64,000 bases of DNA, taken from the IMG/VR virus record IMGVR_UViG_2919015088_000005, positions 12,365-76,364 of that record; one strand, 5' to 3'. A model generated the notes under the pieces. It saw only the letters and a program-made list of their open reading frames with translations. It searched no databases and was not told where the DNA came from. Below are positions 27,501 to 36,818 of the stretch, piece after piece; position 1 is the stretch's first letter, and every line of letters starts with the position of its first letter. The position numbers were made by a program, and so were the translations under genes. This DNA comes from a virus.

Positions 27501-28258
27501 GGGCTCACCACAAGCCCTTCGGCCCAGGCGTTACTGTCGAAGTCAGGCTCTGTGCTTGGGCGCGGCGTGAACTGCCTGACGTTCGATGCCGCCGCCCGAT
27601 TGCGATCGTTGAGCACCCACTTGACCAGCATCTGCACCCACTCGGCCTGGGTGTTCACCTGGCCGCGCGGTTCATAGTGGGCAGTGAAAGCGCGGCGCGC
27701 CTCTTCGGTGAATAGGTCCAGCGCTACGCCAGAGTGAACCGAGTAGGTCTTCAGCAGCTTGTCATCAGGATTCCAGTCGAGGGTCATTTCGCTGGGCATG
27801 CGAGGGTCAACTGAACCCTGCGCAGAGAGAGGGTTTTGATCTTCTCTTCTCTTCTCTTCTCTGGTCCGCATTTCTTCCGCATCACGTGCGGACATTTTGC
27901 GGACACCATCAGACTTTCGGGCGGTTCGTTTCCTCTCGTTGTCGTTGGCTCGACGCTTTGCACTTGCCCCGTTATGTTCTTCGAAGCGCGGCATTACAAG
28001 GCTTCCGCCATCATTCACGGACGCCCACTCCACGTCGATCATGGCCTGAGTGAACCCGGGCCAGCCCACTACCGCATCCATCGCGTCAACGGTGTAGCCA
28101 ACCAGCACGCCATCACTCGAATGGGTGTCGAAGATGCTCCAGGCGATGTGCAGTCCGCCGATAATCCGCAACCTGTCCGCTTGCAATGCGGACACCATGC
28201 GGAAAACTTTCGGGTGTGTCTGAAGGTCGATTCGCATTTTGATCCAGTCTCCGGCCAT
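27497..28258 (-). CDS. Replication initiator (O-like, DnaT-like C-terminal domain)
   Basis: MAGDWIKMRIDLQTHPKV N-terminus; internal REEKRRE purine tract. Confidence 0.8.
   Translation of the reverse strand: MAGDWIKMRIDLQTHPKVFRMVSALQADRLRIIGGLHIAWSIFDTHSSDGVLVGYTVDAMDAVVGWPGFTQAMIDVEWASVNDGGSLVMPRFEEHNGASAKRRANDNERKRTARKSDGVRKMSARDAEEMRTREEKRREDQNPLSAQGSVDPRMPSEMTLDWNPDDKLLKTYSVHSGVALDLFTEEARRAFTAHYEPRGQVNTQAEWVQMLVKWVLNDRNRAAASNVRQFTPRPSTEPDFDSNAWAEGLVVSP
27840..27905. repeat. Probable replication origin inside the initiator gene
   Basis: (CTTCT)n tract followed by TGCGGACA direct repeats at 27887 and 27898 and inverted TCCGCA copies at about 27865 and 27876. Confidence 0.45.
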
Positions 28259-29064
28259 TACTTGCTGCCTTTGCCGACCAAGCCGGCAAGTTCGGGGAAG
28301 CGATCGACGTACCAGTGCGGGGCGGTCTCGCGGGGGTTGTTGGGGCTGGTCAAGTTCTTGCCATAACGAAGGCCCGTATCAGTCACCGACCAGAAGTCGA
28401 CGACGCCACGCTTGGTGCTATTGCGCTGGCACTTCTTGATAAAGCCGTTGGCAGCCAACAGGCGGTTGAAGGCCGTGGCTGTGCTGGCTATCCCGTGTTC
28501 TTTGATGAGGTCGGTGATGGGCTTGGTTTCCATCGAAGATCCGCCGGTAGCGTCTGGAGCGGCGTCGATGGCATAGCCAGGGAGGAATTTCGCATCCAGT
28601 CCGTTATTGGCGGCGATCTTGGTCAGCATCATCATTTGGCTTGATGGCGCTGGCTTCAGTAGTCTGGTGAAGCACTCCATGATCGCCAACTCCCCGATGA
28701 CCTTAACGCTGGCGGGCAGCTCGGGCTTTTGAGCCTGCTTTTCAAGGTACTGCCAGCGATCAACCAACTTGCCGGTGAACTCTGGCGAGAGCTGCGCGAC
28801 GATGACGTAGCTGTCACGCTCGCCCACGTTGTAGATCCTGGTGGCGCGAGGACGGCCAAGTTTGTCCGTGGACCATTCATCCTCAGATTGAGGGTGGACC
28901 AGCCCGCCCTGGGCCAAGTCCTCGATGAGGCGCTTCACGTTGTCGTGACGCTTCTTGGTCAGCTTGGATATTTCTACGGATGACATTGTCCGCGCCACGT
29001 TTTGCGATTGCAGAAAACGTGGCGCGGATTCGTTGGTGTTGACGACTGATTGGGGAATAGGCAT
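28258..29064 (-). CDS. Rha-family regulator with antirepressor C-terminal domain
   Basis: TMSSVEISKLTKKRHDNVKR; C-terminal FWSVTDTGLRYGKN. Confidence 0.8.
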   Translation of the reverse strand: MPIPQSVVNTNESAPRFLQSQNVARTMSSVEISKLTKKRHDNVKRLIEDLAQGGLVHPQSEDEWSTDKLGRPRATRIYNVGERDSYVIVAQLSPEFTGKLVDRWQYLEKQAQKPELPASVKVIGELAIMECFTRLLKPAPSSQMMMLTKIAANNGLDAKFLPGYAIDAAPDATGGSSMETKPITDLIKEHGIASTATAFNRLLAANGFIKKCQRNSTKRGVVDFWSVTDTGLRYGKNLTSPNNPRETAPHWYVDRFPELAGLVGKGSK

Positions 29065-29099
29065 TATTCGCTCCAGAACTTGTTTGTATGTGCTGCACG

Positions 29100-29128
29100 A
29101 AAAGCCACCATTGCCCGGTGGCTTTTTT
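29100..29128. terminator. Bidirectional terminator-like hairpin (tR1-like)
   Basis: AAAAGCCACC-loop-GGTGGCTTTTTT. Confidence 0.6.
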
Positions 29129-29191
29129 GTGCGTCCGATTTGCTGCTTGGTTGTTTCACTGGCAGATCCTCAATAGTCCCTGAGGGGCTAA

Positions 29192-29380
29192 TCAGCCCTT
29201 TCGTCCTATGGAAGCGACGTTGCTCCGGCTCTTTGGTGGTCGCGTCATGCGATCCAGCGCCCGGTTCATGATTGTTGCGGCCATCTCTTCTGGCGTTACC
29301 CCGTTGCGTCTGGCCAATAGCTCCAGATCAGCGAGTCCCTGCCAGTCGAGCTGGATTTCCAGCGGTTTTCTTTCAGGCAC
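29192..29380 (-). CDS. Small hypothetical regulator
   Basis: 62 aa, ribbon-helix-helix-like; after the cII-like gene. Confidence 0.55.
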   Translation of the reverse strand: MPERKPLEIQLDWQGLADLELLARRNGVTPEEMAATIMNRALDRMTRPPKSRSNVASIGRKG

Positions 29381-29398
29381 AGGGCCTCCTGGGCCACT

Positions 29399-29587
29399 TC
29401 AGGCCACGTCTGTTTTAGCGTTAAGCTCTTCCATCATCTGGTTCAGGCCGCGCTCGAGGATTTCCCGGGCGAGTACTGCTTTCTGTGTGCGCTGAAAACG
29501 AGCCATCGCTGTCAGCAGGTCGTCGGCCACCTCGTCGAGGCGGACCTTTGTGGGTTTGTCGTGCATGTGGCTTGGGTCGAAGTGCAT
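29399..29587 (-). CDS. CII-like regulator
   Basis: Position after cro; KVRLDE...VLAREIL. Confidence 0.55.
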   Translation of the reverse strand: MHFDPSHMHDKPTKVRLDEVADDLLTAMARFQRTQKAVLAREILERGLNQMMEELNAKTDVA

Positions 29588-29617
29588 CGTTTTTGCTCCT
29601 TTGAGCATGCAAGGTGG

Positions 29618-29812
29618 TTAAGCGGCTGTTTTTTGGGATGGGAACGGACGCTGCTCTTGGGCCGACAAGCTGCCGTCCTCTTCGAGGGTCACGAATACAT
29701 CGCGGCCTACACGGATCGCCTTGCTAAGCGCGCCCTGAGTGCAACCAAGCATCTGGGCAGCCTTGGTATGGCCGTGTTCTTTGGCAAATTCGGTGAGTGT
29801 GATTCGGCGCAT
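29618..29812 (-). CDS. cro: Cro repressor
   Basis: HTH GHTKAAQMLGCTQGALSKAIRVGR; divergent from cI. Confidence 0.85.
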   Translation of the reverse strand: MRRITLTEFAKEHGHTKAAQMLGCTQGALSKAIRVGRDVFVTLEEDGSLSAQEQRPFPSQKTAA

Positions 29813-29842
29813 TGCGGCGTCCTCTACGTAGATTTCACCATA

Positions 29843-29909
29843 AGTATGACCGCCGGTATTGTTCACAGTCAATACCGGCGATATTGGTTAAGTAAATACC
29901 GTGGGTAAT
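29843..29909. promoter_or_regulatory. oR with three 15-bp operators and pR
   Basis: Near-palindromes of consensus AATACC-N3-GGTATT at 29846-29860, 29871-29885 and 29895-29909; minus-strand TTGACT-18 bp-CATACT. Confidence 0.75.
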
Positions 29910-29920
29910 ACCATCAGCAG

Positions 29921-30706
29921 ATGAAAAAAGACTCCCGACGGCTTCCGTTATCCGAATGGCAGCTGCAAGACAGCGCCCGGCTGAAATCCCTATTCCAAGC
30001 TAAGCGCGGGGAACTGAAGCTCACCCAGGAAAAACTTGCTGCTGAATTGGGTGATGGCGTAACCCAGGGGGCAGTGAGCCACTTTATGAACGGACGTACT
30101 GCCCTTAGCGTGAATGCGGCAGTCGTATTTGCTAGAGCGCTCGGGGTGCCGGTTTCGGAGATAAGCCCAACCCTGTCAGCCCAGATCGAGAAAATGTCCC
30201 AGGCGCTCCCAGGAAAAATTTCTCAACAGCCAACTGATGGGCGCACTCAGCCGCGAAGTTTCAACCTGCAGGATGAGCCCGGCTACACAGGCGTTATGCA
30301 ACTGACAGCGCGCGGCTCAACCGGAGACGGCGACGATAACCCACACGTCGAGATCCGCGGCGTAATGGCGTTCAAGTCAACCTGGTTGCGCGCCAACAAC
30401 CTAAACCAGAAACACCTTGACGTGATCTATGCCAGCGGCAACAGCATGGAACCGACCATCAACGACGGCGACGTGCTGCTGGTAGATGAGTCAAAGCTCG
30501 AGCCGAAGGACGGCCAGATATTTGCCATGCAGAGCGAGTCCAAGGGAACGATCGTGAAGCGCCTTGTGAAGTCTGATTTCGAAGGCTGGATCATCCGCAG
30601 CGACAACCCAGATAAGGCCCGCTATGGCGATGAGACGCTACGTGATGGGGAGATAAACGAGGTTCGCATCATTGGGCGCGTTGTTTGGCGCGGCGGCATG
30701 CTATAG
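29921..30706 (+). CDS. cI: CI repressor (HTH plus S24 peptidase)
   Basis: LTQEKLAAEL...TQGAVSHFMNG; GNSMEPTINDGD; catalytic Lys in IVKRL. Confidence 0.95.
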   Translation: MKKDSRRLPLSEWQLQDSARLKSLFQAKRGELKLTQEKLAAELGDGVTQGAVSHFMNGRTALSVNAAVVFARALGVPVSEISPTLSAQIEKMSQALPGKISQQPTDGRTQPRSFNLQDEPGYTGVMQLTARGSTGDGDDNPHVEIRGVMAFKSTWLRANNLNQKHLDVIYASGNSMEPTINDGDVLLVDESKLEPKDGQIFAMQSESKGTIVKRLVKSDFEGWIIRSDNPDKARYGDETLRDGEINEVRIIGRVVWRGGML

Positions 30707-30748
30707 CTGTGTTACGCACGTTTCTACGCACAGCTAATTGCTTTCGCC

Positions 30749-31090
30749 CTACTCTGCCTTTCGAATGTCCACACCTGACACATAGTCTGCGGCGCGGACC
30801 TCAGCCATTTCTTCGCAGTTGATGGTACCGCCGAGCTTCCTGGCTGCCTCCCGGCCATTCATGTACAGGTTGTTGACGGCGATGCCCTTGATGCCTTTAA
30901 AGGTCTTCACGGCTTCGCCCACTCTCAACCAGCCACGAAAATCTCCCGCGTTCATGCCGGCCTTGAAATCCGTACAGCCTGACACCCATATGAACTTGGC
31001 ATCCTCGTTGGCAGCCTGCTGCGAATACCCGAGCACCAGGCTCGGCACGCTAAGCAGCGACAAAAACCCTACCAAGACAATCCTTCTCAT
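30749..31090 (-). CDS. Exported protein (moron in the rex position)
   Basis: Signal peptide MRRIVLVGFLSLLSVPSLVLG; 2 Cys; convergent with cI. Confidence 0.65.
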   Translation of the reverse strand: MRRIVLVGFLSLLSVPSLVLGYSQQAANEDAKFIWVSGCTDFKAGMNAGDFRGWLRVGEAVKTFKGIKGIAVNNLYMNGREAARKLGGTINCEEMAEVRAADYVSGVDIRKAE

Positions 31091-31145
31091 TATTCGCTCC
31101 GCACGCTGATTGAGCCGATTGTAGCAGGCCTTCGACTACAACTAT

Positions 31146-31169
31146 GCCCGCCACCGAGCGGGCTTTTTC
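31146..31169 (+). terminator. Terminator (t-imm-like)
   Basis: GCCCGC-loop-GCGGGC followed by TTTTT. Confidence 0.6.
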
Positions 31170-31187
31170 ACGCCTAATGAAAAATAC

Positions 31188-31229
31188 ATGACCGGCGGTA
31201 TTGACCACATACAATACCGGAGGTATTGT
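31188..31229 (+). promoter_or_regulatory. oL operators and pL
   Basis: Operators at 31188-31202 and 31213-31227 (perfect AATACCGGAGGTATT); TTGACC-17 bp-TATTGT. Confidence 0.8.
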
Positions 31230-31616
31230 TCACCCATCGCAGCGACTTACGAGGGACTGCGAAGGGCCTCACAGCCCGCTGCTCTTTAGCGACACCCCTT
31301 GCCGGATCACCACCGGCCCAGATTCAAAGGCAGCGATGAACCGGCCTAAACGGTTCAGAGGGTTGGCAACTGACCCGGGTGTGCAGCGTAAAGCACCAGA
31401 AGCAGTTATCCGGCGGACAGGGTTCGCGGTCGGAGCAACATCGCAACTACAGAGAATTCCTCGGTAGTTGGATTCAAGCCAGTGAGTGCAGCCAGTAGCT
31501 GATCACGGCTCGCAGATGGCTCCCTGCTGATTCAGGTAGCCATCTGGTTTCACAAATGCCTCTAGACCCCCTGGAGGTATTTGGAAGCCACGAACACCCT
31601 TGACGAGGAATCAACC

Positions 31617-32099
31617 ATGCAAGCAGCAGAGCCAGCACAAGTCACCATCCCTGAAATCGGCGCTGTATGGCCTGGACAGGGCGGCATCTACGCCGGCTTC
31701 ATCCCGGCCCGTAACGATGTCCAGGGCTACCACCTGGTTCTGGGTGATGAGCTTGGACGCTTCGAGTGGGGTCAGTATGGCGATGATTCTCCGGCCACCA
31801 GCCTGATCGATGGCCGAGCCAACACATTGGCGCTAATCGAGTCGGGCGGCGAATACCCTGCCACCATCGCAGCTCACAAGCACGAAGCCGACGGTCACAC
31901 CGACTTCTACCTGCCAGCCGCTGCCGAGCTGTACGAGATATGGCTGAACCTGAATGGCAAGTTGGCCGGCTGGGTGTGGTCCAGCTCGCAGCGCTCAGCC
32001 TACCACGCATTCTACATGTACTTCGCTGGTGGCTATCAGGGCTACGGCGGCAAGACCAGCGTGCTCCGTGTCCGCCCCGTCCGCAGATTCATTCAGTAA
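31617..32099 (+). CDS. DGR target 1, DUF1566/C-type-lectin-fold protein (alternative TTG start at 31581)
   Basis: DFYLPAAAEL...WSSSQRS...RVRPVRR; carries VR1. Confidence 0.9.
   Translation: MQAAEPAQVTIPEIGAVWPGQGGIYAGFIPARNDVQGYHLVLGDELGRFEWGQYGDDSPATSLIDGRANTLALIESGGEYPATIAAHKHEADGHTDFYLPAAAELYEIWLNLNGKLAGWVWSSSQRSAYHAFYMYFAGGYQGYGGKTSVLRVRPVRRFIQ
31986..32090 (+). repeat. DGR variable repeat VR1
   Basis: 105-nt ungapped match to TR; 16 mismatches, all at TR adenines. Confidence 0.95.
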
Positions 32100-32260
32100 T
32101 TCGTTTATTGCTTTTCATGCAGGTGATTCCTGGGCCTACGAGCATCCGTAGCCAGACCAGAAGCGTCCGAGGTAGCGCTCGGCGCCTGCACCCTTTCCCG
32201 CCTCTACCCGTCAGCACTCACCCCGCGCCCATCGGCAACCAGCGGGAGGCATGAGTGTTG

Positions 32261-32737
32261 ATGAATACAGGTGAACAACCCGCCACCTTGGAGGCGACCA
32301 TGAACGCAGCATTGAAGATATGCCAGGAGCGTTACGACGCTCAGTTGCCTCCAGAGGTCAGCGAGGCAAGCCCGGAACAGGAGTGGCTGGAGCACTCGGC
32401 CGAGCAGCTGGTGCGCGGGGTAGACATCAAGTGGAAACGGCGGTGGGGCCGGCCACAGGTCGTCACGTTCGACTGTTACTGCACCTACCTTCAAGGCATC
32501 CTGAATCAGCGCCAGATAGACGGTCTGGATGAGCGTGATTCGTTCGCCCGACTGTTTCTGTCGGCCATCGGCGGCAGTGCAAGCGAAGCGCGCGGTCATG
32601 CCATTGACCTGATCGCCTCTGACAAGCCTGTGGAGTTCGCCGAGTCTGTCGCGATGACCTTGCTTGCCCCATACGCTAAAGACGCAGCAGCGGCCGAACG
32701 AGAGGCTGCTGAAGACGATGTGGATGCCGACCTATGA
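32261..32737 (+). CDS. Hypothetical early protein
   Basis: 158 aa; first of an overlap-coupled series. Confidence 0.65.
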   Translation: MNTGEQPATLEATMNAALKICQERYDAQLPPEVSEASPEQEWLEHSAEQLVRGVDIKWKRRWGRPQVVTFDCYCTYLQGILNQRQIDGLDERDSFARLFLSAIGGSASEARGHAIDLIASDKPVEFAESVAMTLLAPYAKDAAAAEREAAEDDVDADL

Positions 32738-32925
32738 GTCCTCACATCCTGATCGATGAGGCTCTGGAAACCCTGACCCATCCAGACAGCCCCGACGGCT
32801 CCCAGCACATCGTCCTGAACATGATCACCAACATGCTCACCGGCAACGCCATCACCAATGAAGAGTTCGCCCACTACTGCCAGCGCCTCCTGAAGATCAC
32901 CAGGCAGCGCAAGGAGGCCGCATGA
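32734..32925 (+). CDS. Hypothetical protein
   Basis: 63 aa; ATGA overlaps. Confidence 0.55.
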   Translation: MSPHILIDEALETLTHPDSPDGSQHIVLNMITNMLTGNAITNEEFAHYCQRLLKITRQRKEAA

Positions 32926-33116
32926 CCACTCCAGTCGTGAAAACGCTGATCGACGACCAGCTCGACGACATCGAGCGCCGCATTGCCATCATGGGCTTCG
33001 GCCTTCCCTTCAACGAACTGATCGGGCGCAAGCGTGAAGACTTGGTGCGGGACCTGCCGCAGCGCCTGGCGCCGACAATGAAGGGCGGCCGAATCGAGGT
33101 GAGGATTCGGCCGTGA
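32922..33116 (+). CDS. Hypothetical protein
   Basis: 64 aa; ATGA overlaps. Confidence 0.55.
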   Translation: MTTPVVKTLIDDQLDDIERRIAIMGFGLPFNELIGRKREDLVRDLPQRLAPTMKGGRIEVRIRP

Positions 33117-33232
33117 CCACCCACCAGCGGCACCGGCGCCGCGCCATCCGCGCTCTGTCGGCCATAGTTGGCCTGACCTTCCTCACCATCGTTCTACTGG
33201 GCCCCGCAATCGGCGGCCTGATCACCCAATAA
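33113..33232 (+). CDS. Small single-pass membrane peptide
   Basis: GTG start; TTHQRHRRRAIR followed by a hydrophobic helix; 39 aa. Confidence 0.45.
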   Translation: MTTHQRHRRRAIRALSAIVGLTFLTIVLLGPAIGGLITQ

Positions 33233-33275
33233 ACAACATCTTCAATCGCTGCGAGCATCGCGGCAGGGAGTCACC

Positions 33276-34379
33276 GTGTCCGCACAACAGCAAGTAATCA
33301 CCATCGACGACATCAGCGCCGACAACGCGCCGGCCATTTACGTCGCCGGCGGCCTGAGCCAGTTCTTCGACGCGGTGAAGGCCGAAGTAACCGCCGAGGT
33401 GCCCGATCTGACTACCGTGAAAGGTCGCGCTCGCATTGCATCCCTGGCCGCAACGGTAAGCAAGTCCAAAAAGGCAGTCGAGACGCCTGGTCGCGACTAC
33501 CTGAAGCGCCTCAAGGAAATGCCGAAGGTGGTGGAGGCTGAGCTGCGCGATTTCGTCACCAAGATGGACAGCCTACGCGATACCACCCGACAGCCGCTGA
33601 CGGACTGGGAAAACGCTGAGCAGGCCCGCAAGGACCGGCACATAGACAACATCCAGGCGATCAAGGATATGGAGGTGTTTGGAGCAACGCCGACCGCTTC
33701 TGCACTGAAACAGGTAATTGCCCAGTTGGAAGAGGTTGAGCTGGGTGACTCCTGGGAAGAGTTCCTGCCAGAGGCCGCCCAGGCTAAAGACCGAACCCTT
33801 TCCCTGCTGCGCGCACTGCTAGCCGATCGCACTCAGTACGAAGCCGAACAGGCCGAGTTGACCCGCCTTCGCCTGGAGAAGGAAGCCCGCGATAAGAAGG
33901 ACAACGAGGACCGCATTGCCCGCGAGGCCGCCGAAGAAGCAACACGGGCAGCCGAAGAAAAGGCACGCCTTGATCGTGAGGCCGAAGAAAAGCGCGTTCG
34001 CAACGAGCAGGCCGCCGCCGAGAAGCGGGAAAACGATCTGAAATTGCAGGCCGCCGAAGCCGAGCGCCAGGCCGAACAGGCAAAGCGCGAAAAGGTCGAG
34101 GCAGAACAGAAGGCCGAGCGCGACCGCCTACAAGGCATCGAGGACAAGAAAAAAGCCGTCGAACAGGCCCGGCTGGATGAGAAGGCCCGTGCCGACGCGG
34201 CAGCAGACGAAATCCTGCGCCAGCAGCAGGCGCGCGAGGCGGACAAGGCCCACAAGGGCGCGATCTACAAAGCAGCCAAGGAAGCATTCATCCAGCACGG
34301 CATGACGGAAGAATGCGCGCGACTCGCTGTGAAGCTGGTTGCGAGCGGTCTCATCCCGTCCATGTCCATCCAATACTGA
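33276..34379 (+). CDS. Long coiled-coil protein preceding the recombination genes
   Basis: 367 aa, E/K/A/R-rich. Confidence 0.7.
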   Translation: MSAQQQVITIDDISADNAPAIYVAGGLSQFFDAVKAEVTAEVPDLTTVKGRARIASLAATVSKSKKAVETPGRDYLKRLKEMPKVVEAELRDFVTKMDSLRDTTRQPLTDWENAEQARKDRHIDNIQAIKDMEVFGATPTASALKQVIAQLEEVELGDSWEEFLPEAAQAKDRTLSLLRALLADRTQYEAEQAELTRLRLEKEARDKKDNEDRIAREAAEEATRAAEEKARLDREAEEKRVRNEQAAAEKRENDLKLQAAEAERQAEQAKREKVEAEQKAERDRLQGIEDKKKAVEQARLDEKARADAAADEILRQQQAREADKAHKGAIYKAAKEAFIQHGMTEECARLAVKLVASGLIPSMSIQY

Positions 34380-34386
34380 GGTCACC

Positions 34387-35169
34387 ATGAGTAATTTAGC
34401 GTTGGCCGAACAGGCCGAAACCCAGCAGGTAGCCAACCCCGTGGCCACTAATGAATCTACTGCGATGCTGACAATGATTCAGCGAGCGGCGACTGACCCA
34501 GCATTTGATGCCGACAAGATGCAGAAGATGATGGAGATGTACGAGCGCCATACGGATCGCACAGCAGCAGCAGCTTTCAATGCCGCAATGGTCCGCGCCC
34601 AGGCTCAGATTGGTCCGGTATTCCGCGACAAAATCAATACGCAAACCAGCAGTTCCTACGCGGCACTTGAATCGATCGATAAGAAGATATCCCCGGTTTA
34701 CACCGCCTACGGCTTTTCATTGTCGTTCGGCACCGCCGATAGCTCGTTGGTCGGCCACATCCGCACCGTTTGCGACTGCATGCACGAAGGCGGCCACACC
34801 AAGCAGTATCACATCGACCTTCCCATTGACTCCGTCGGCATCAAGGGCAGCGTGAATAAAACAGGTGTCCACGCAAGCGGATCGACCTTCAGCTACGCCC
34901 GCCGCTACCTGACGATGATGATCTTCAACGTGGTAATGACCAATGAAGACGACGACGGACAAGGTGCGAACAGCCCTCAAGATCCTCCGCCAGAGCCAGT
35001 CATAACCGCAGGCCAGGCAGCCCAACTCGACGCACTTCTGAAAAAATGTACTCCGGTGCTACAAGAGAACTTCACCGCCAAATACGGCTGCGCAGCCAAC
35101 GTTTACAAGTCTGAGTTTGACGCGGTGTCGGCCCGCATCACCAAGTCTGCCAATCGCCCTCAGGAGTAA
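34387..35169 (+). CDS. erf: ERF-family single-strand annealing protein
   Basis: SSYAALESID...GSTFSYARRY. Confidence 0.8.
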   Translation: MSNLALAEQAETQQVANPVATNESTAMLTMIQRAATDPAFDADKMQKMMEMYERHTDRTAAAAFNAAMVRAQAQIGPVFRDKINTQTSSSYAALESIDKKISPVYTAYGFSLSFGTADSSLVGHIRTVCDCMHEGGHTKQYHIDLPIDSVGIKGSVNKTGVHASGSTFSYARRYLTMMIFNVVMTNEDDDGQGANSPQDPPPEPVITAGQAAQLDALLKKCTPVLQENFTAKYGCAANVYKSEFDAVSARITKSANRPQE

Positions 35170-35172
35170 GTT

Positions 35173-35790
35173 ATGCAAATCATCACTGAAGTTGAGCAGG
35201 GTTCGCCAGAGTGGCTGGCCCTGCGCCTGGGCATCGTCACTTGCTCCGAGCTGGAGTGCCTGCTTACCAACGGAAAGGGCGAGGCTGGTTTCGGCGTGGG
35301 AGCCTTCACCTACATGAACACGCTGATCGGCGAGCGCATCACCGGTGAGGCTGCCGACCCATTCCAGGGCAACCGCCACACAGAGCGTGGCCATGAGCTG
35401 GAAGGCGTTGCCCGCAAGCTGTACGAGCAGCGAGAAGAGGTCGAAACCAAGCAGGTGGCGATCATCCTAAACCACGGCGCCGGTTACTCGCCTGACTCGC
35501 TAGTGGACGCCAATGGCCTGACGGAGATTAAGACCAAGCTCCCGAAATTCCAGGTTGAGGTGATCCTTTCCGGCGAGATCCCGAAAGAACACGTTGCCCA
35601 ATGCCAGGGCGGTCTGTGGATATCGGAGCGTGAGTGGATCGACTTCGTTTGCTACTGGCCAGGCATGCCGCTGTTCATCAAGCGCGCATACCGGGATGAG
35701 GCGCTGATCCGCAAGCTGTCGGAGCGGGTCAAAACCTTCTACGAAATCTTGGAAGACCGGATGAATCGGGTCTTGGGGATAGCAGCATGA
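35173..35790 (+). CDS. YqaJ/lambda-type exonuclease
   Basis: QGSPEWLALRLGIVTCS, RGHELE, SPDSL, EIK. Confidence 0.9.
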   Translation: MQIITEVEQGSPEWLALRLGIVTCSELECLLTNGKGEAGFGVGAFTYMNTLIGERITGEAADPFQGNRHTERGHELEGVARKLYEQREEVETKQVAIILNHGAGYSPDSLVDANGLTEIKTKLPKFQVEVILSGEIPKEHVAQCQGGLWISEREWIDFVCYWPGMPLFIKRAYRDEALIRKLSERVKTFYEILEDRMNRVLGIAA

Positions 35791-36380
35791 TCAGCAACCA
35801 CCTAGGCATGGTCGAGGCTCTTCGGCCAGCATCGAACGAACTGGCCGCAGCGGTCGAGCAGTTCCTGGCGGCAGGCGGACATATCGAAGAAGGCCCGGCC
35901 TGCGGTTACATCCCCAAGCCCATCACCTACAGCAACCAGATGCCGCCGACACCGAAGCCGTTTGTGCGGCGCCGGGTCGAGCCGGCTCCCCTGCCCTTTG
36001 CTCCGCTCGACGTCAGGAGCGACAAGCGCGCCAAGCAGGCAGAGCTGGCAAAGGCCCTGGCCCCAACCCACACGCAAAGCCAAGCCTCTATGGAGCTTGG
36101 AATGACCAGCAAAACGCTCAAAGGCATGGCAAAGGACTACGGGTTCACGTTCAAGCGGTCAACGCATGGCGGGAACAATGGGCCGGAGCGCCAAAAGCAA
36201 ATCGCCGAGCGAAACGCCAAGTTTGCCGAGCGCATCAAGGAGTTCAAAGAACAGGGCATTACCCAGCGCCAGGCATATGGAAGGCTGGGTATCTCAAGGA
36301 AAACGTTCGAGAGAATCCTTGAAGAGCATGGGATTGATTATCCGAAAGCATGCCTTGGGCGTCCTTCATGCGCCGCGTAG
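35787..36380 (+). CDS. Hypothetical DNA-binding protein
   Basis: Two HTH-like segments in the C-terminal half. Confidence 0.6.
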   Translation: MISNHLGMVEALRPASNELAAAVEQFLAAGGHIEEGPACGYIPKPITYSNQMPPTPKPFVRRRVEPAPLPFAPLDVRSDKRAKQAELAKALAPTHTQSQASMELGMTSKTLKGMAKDYGFTFKRSTHGGNNGPERQKQIAERNAKFAERIKEFKEQGITQRQAYGRLGISRKTFERILEEHGIDYPKACLGRPSCAA

Positions 36381-36449
36381 CCCGCATCCAGCAACGCAAA
36401 CGTCAAACCTGGCTCGCACTGCCGGCCAGCGGAATAGAAGAGGTAGGCC

Positions 36450-36761
36450 ATGGCAGCCGCGCAGAAAGAACGATCGGCAAAGACTGAGGCGAGGCGAAAG
36501 ACTCGCGGCGAGGAAGAATTGCGATTCCACACCATGGCCGGCACCCGCCAAGCCCTGGCTGACTTGATGGCCTGGCACGGCATCGAGGAACAGGGCGAGG
36601 CTATGACCCTGATGATTCACCACCTGCACGGCCTGGGCCCAGCAGGATCAGCGCAGTTCCTCGCACCGCCGCGACACGAATACGTGATACCCGAAAACGT
36701 GTCGGCAAAATTGCAGCTCGCCTACAACCGCGAATCGCTACGCATCTGTCACGACGAATAA
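36450..36761 (+). CDS. Hypothetical phage protein
   Basis: 103 aa; GAGG RBS upstream. Confidence 0.6.
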   Translation: MAAAQKERSAKTEARRKTRGEEELRFHTMAGTRQALADLMAWHGIEEQGEAMTLMIHHLHGLGPAGSAQFLAPPRHEYVIPENVSAKLQLAYNRESLRICHDE

Positions 36762-36818
36762 CCCACCCTACTCGCTGCATCCGGTAACCGGAGGGCGGCG
36801 CTTACCTGAGGTAACCGC

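Noticed and set aside
33800-34260. Apparent GCCGAA/GAGGCC repeats
   Set aside because: Codon-level consequence of an E/A/K/R coiled coil, not a DNA repeat element.
34387-35790. ERF paired with a lambda-type exonuclease as a novel recombination system
   Set aside because: Annealase/exonuclease mosaics are common in temperate phages.
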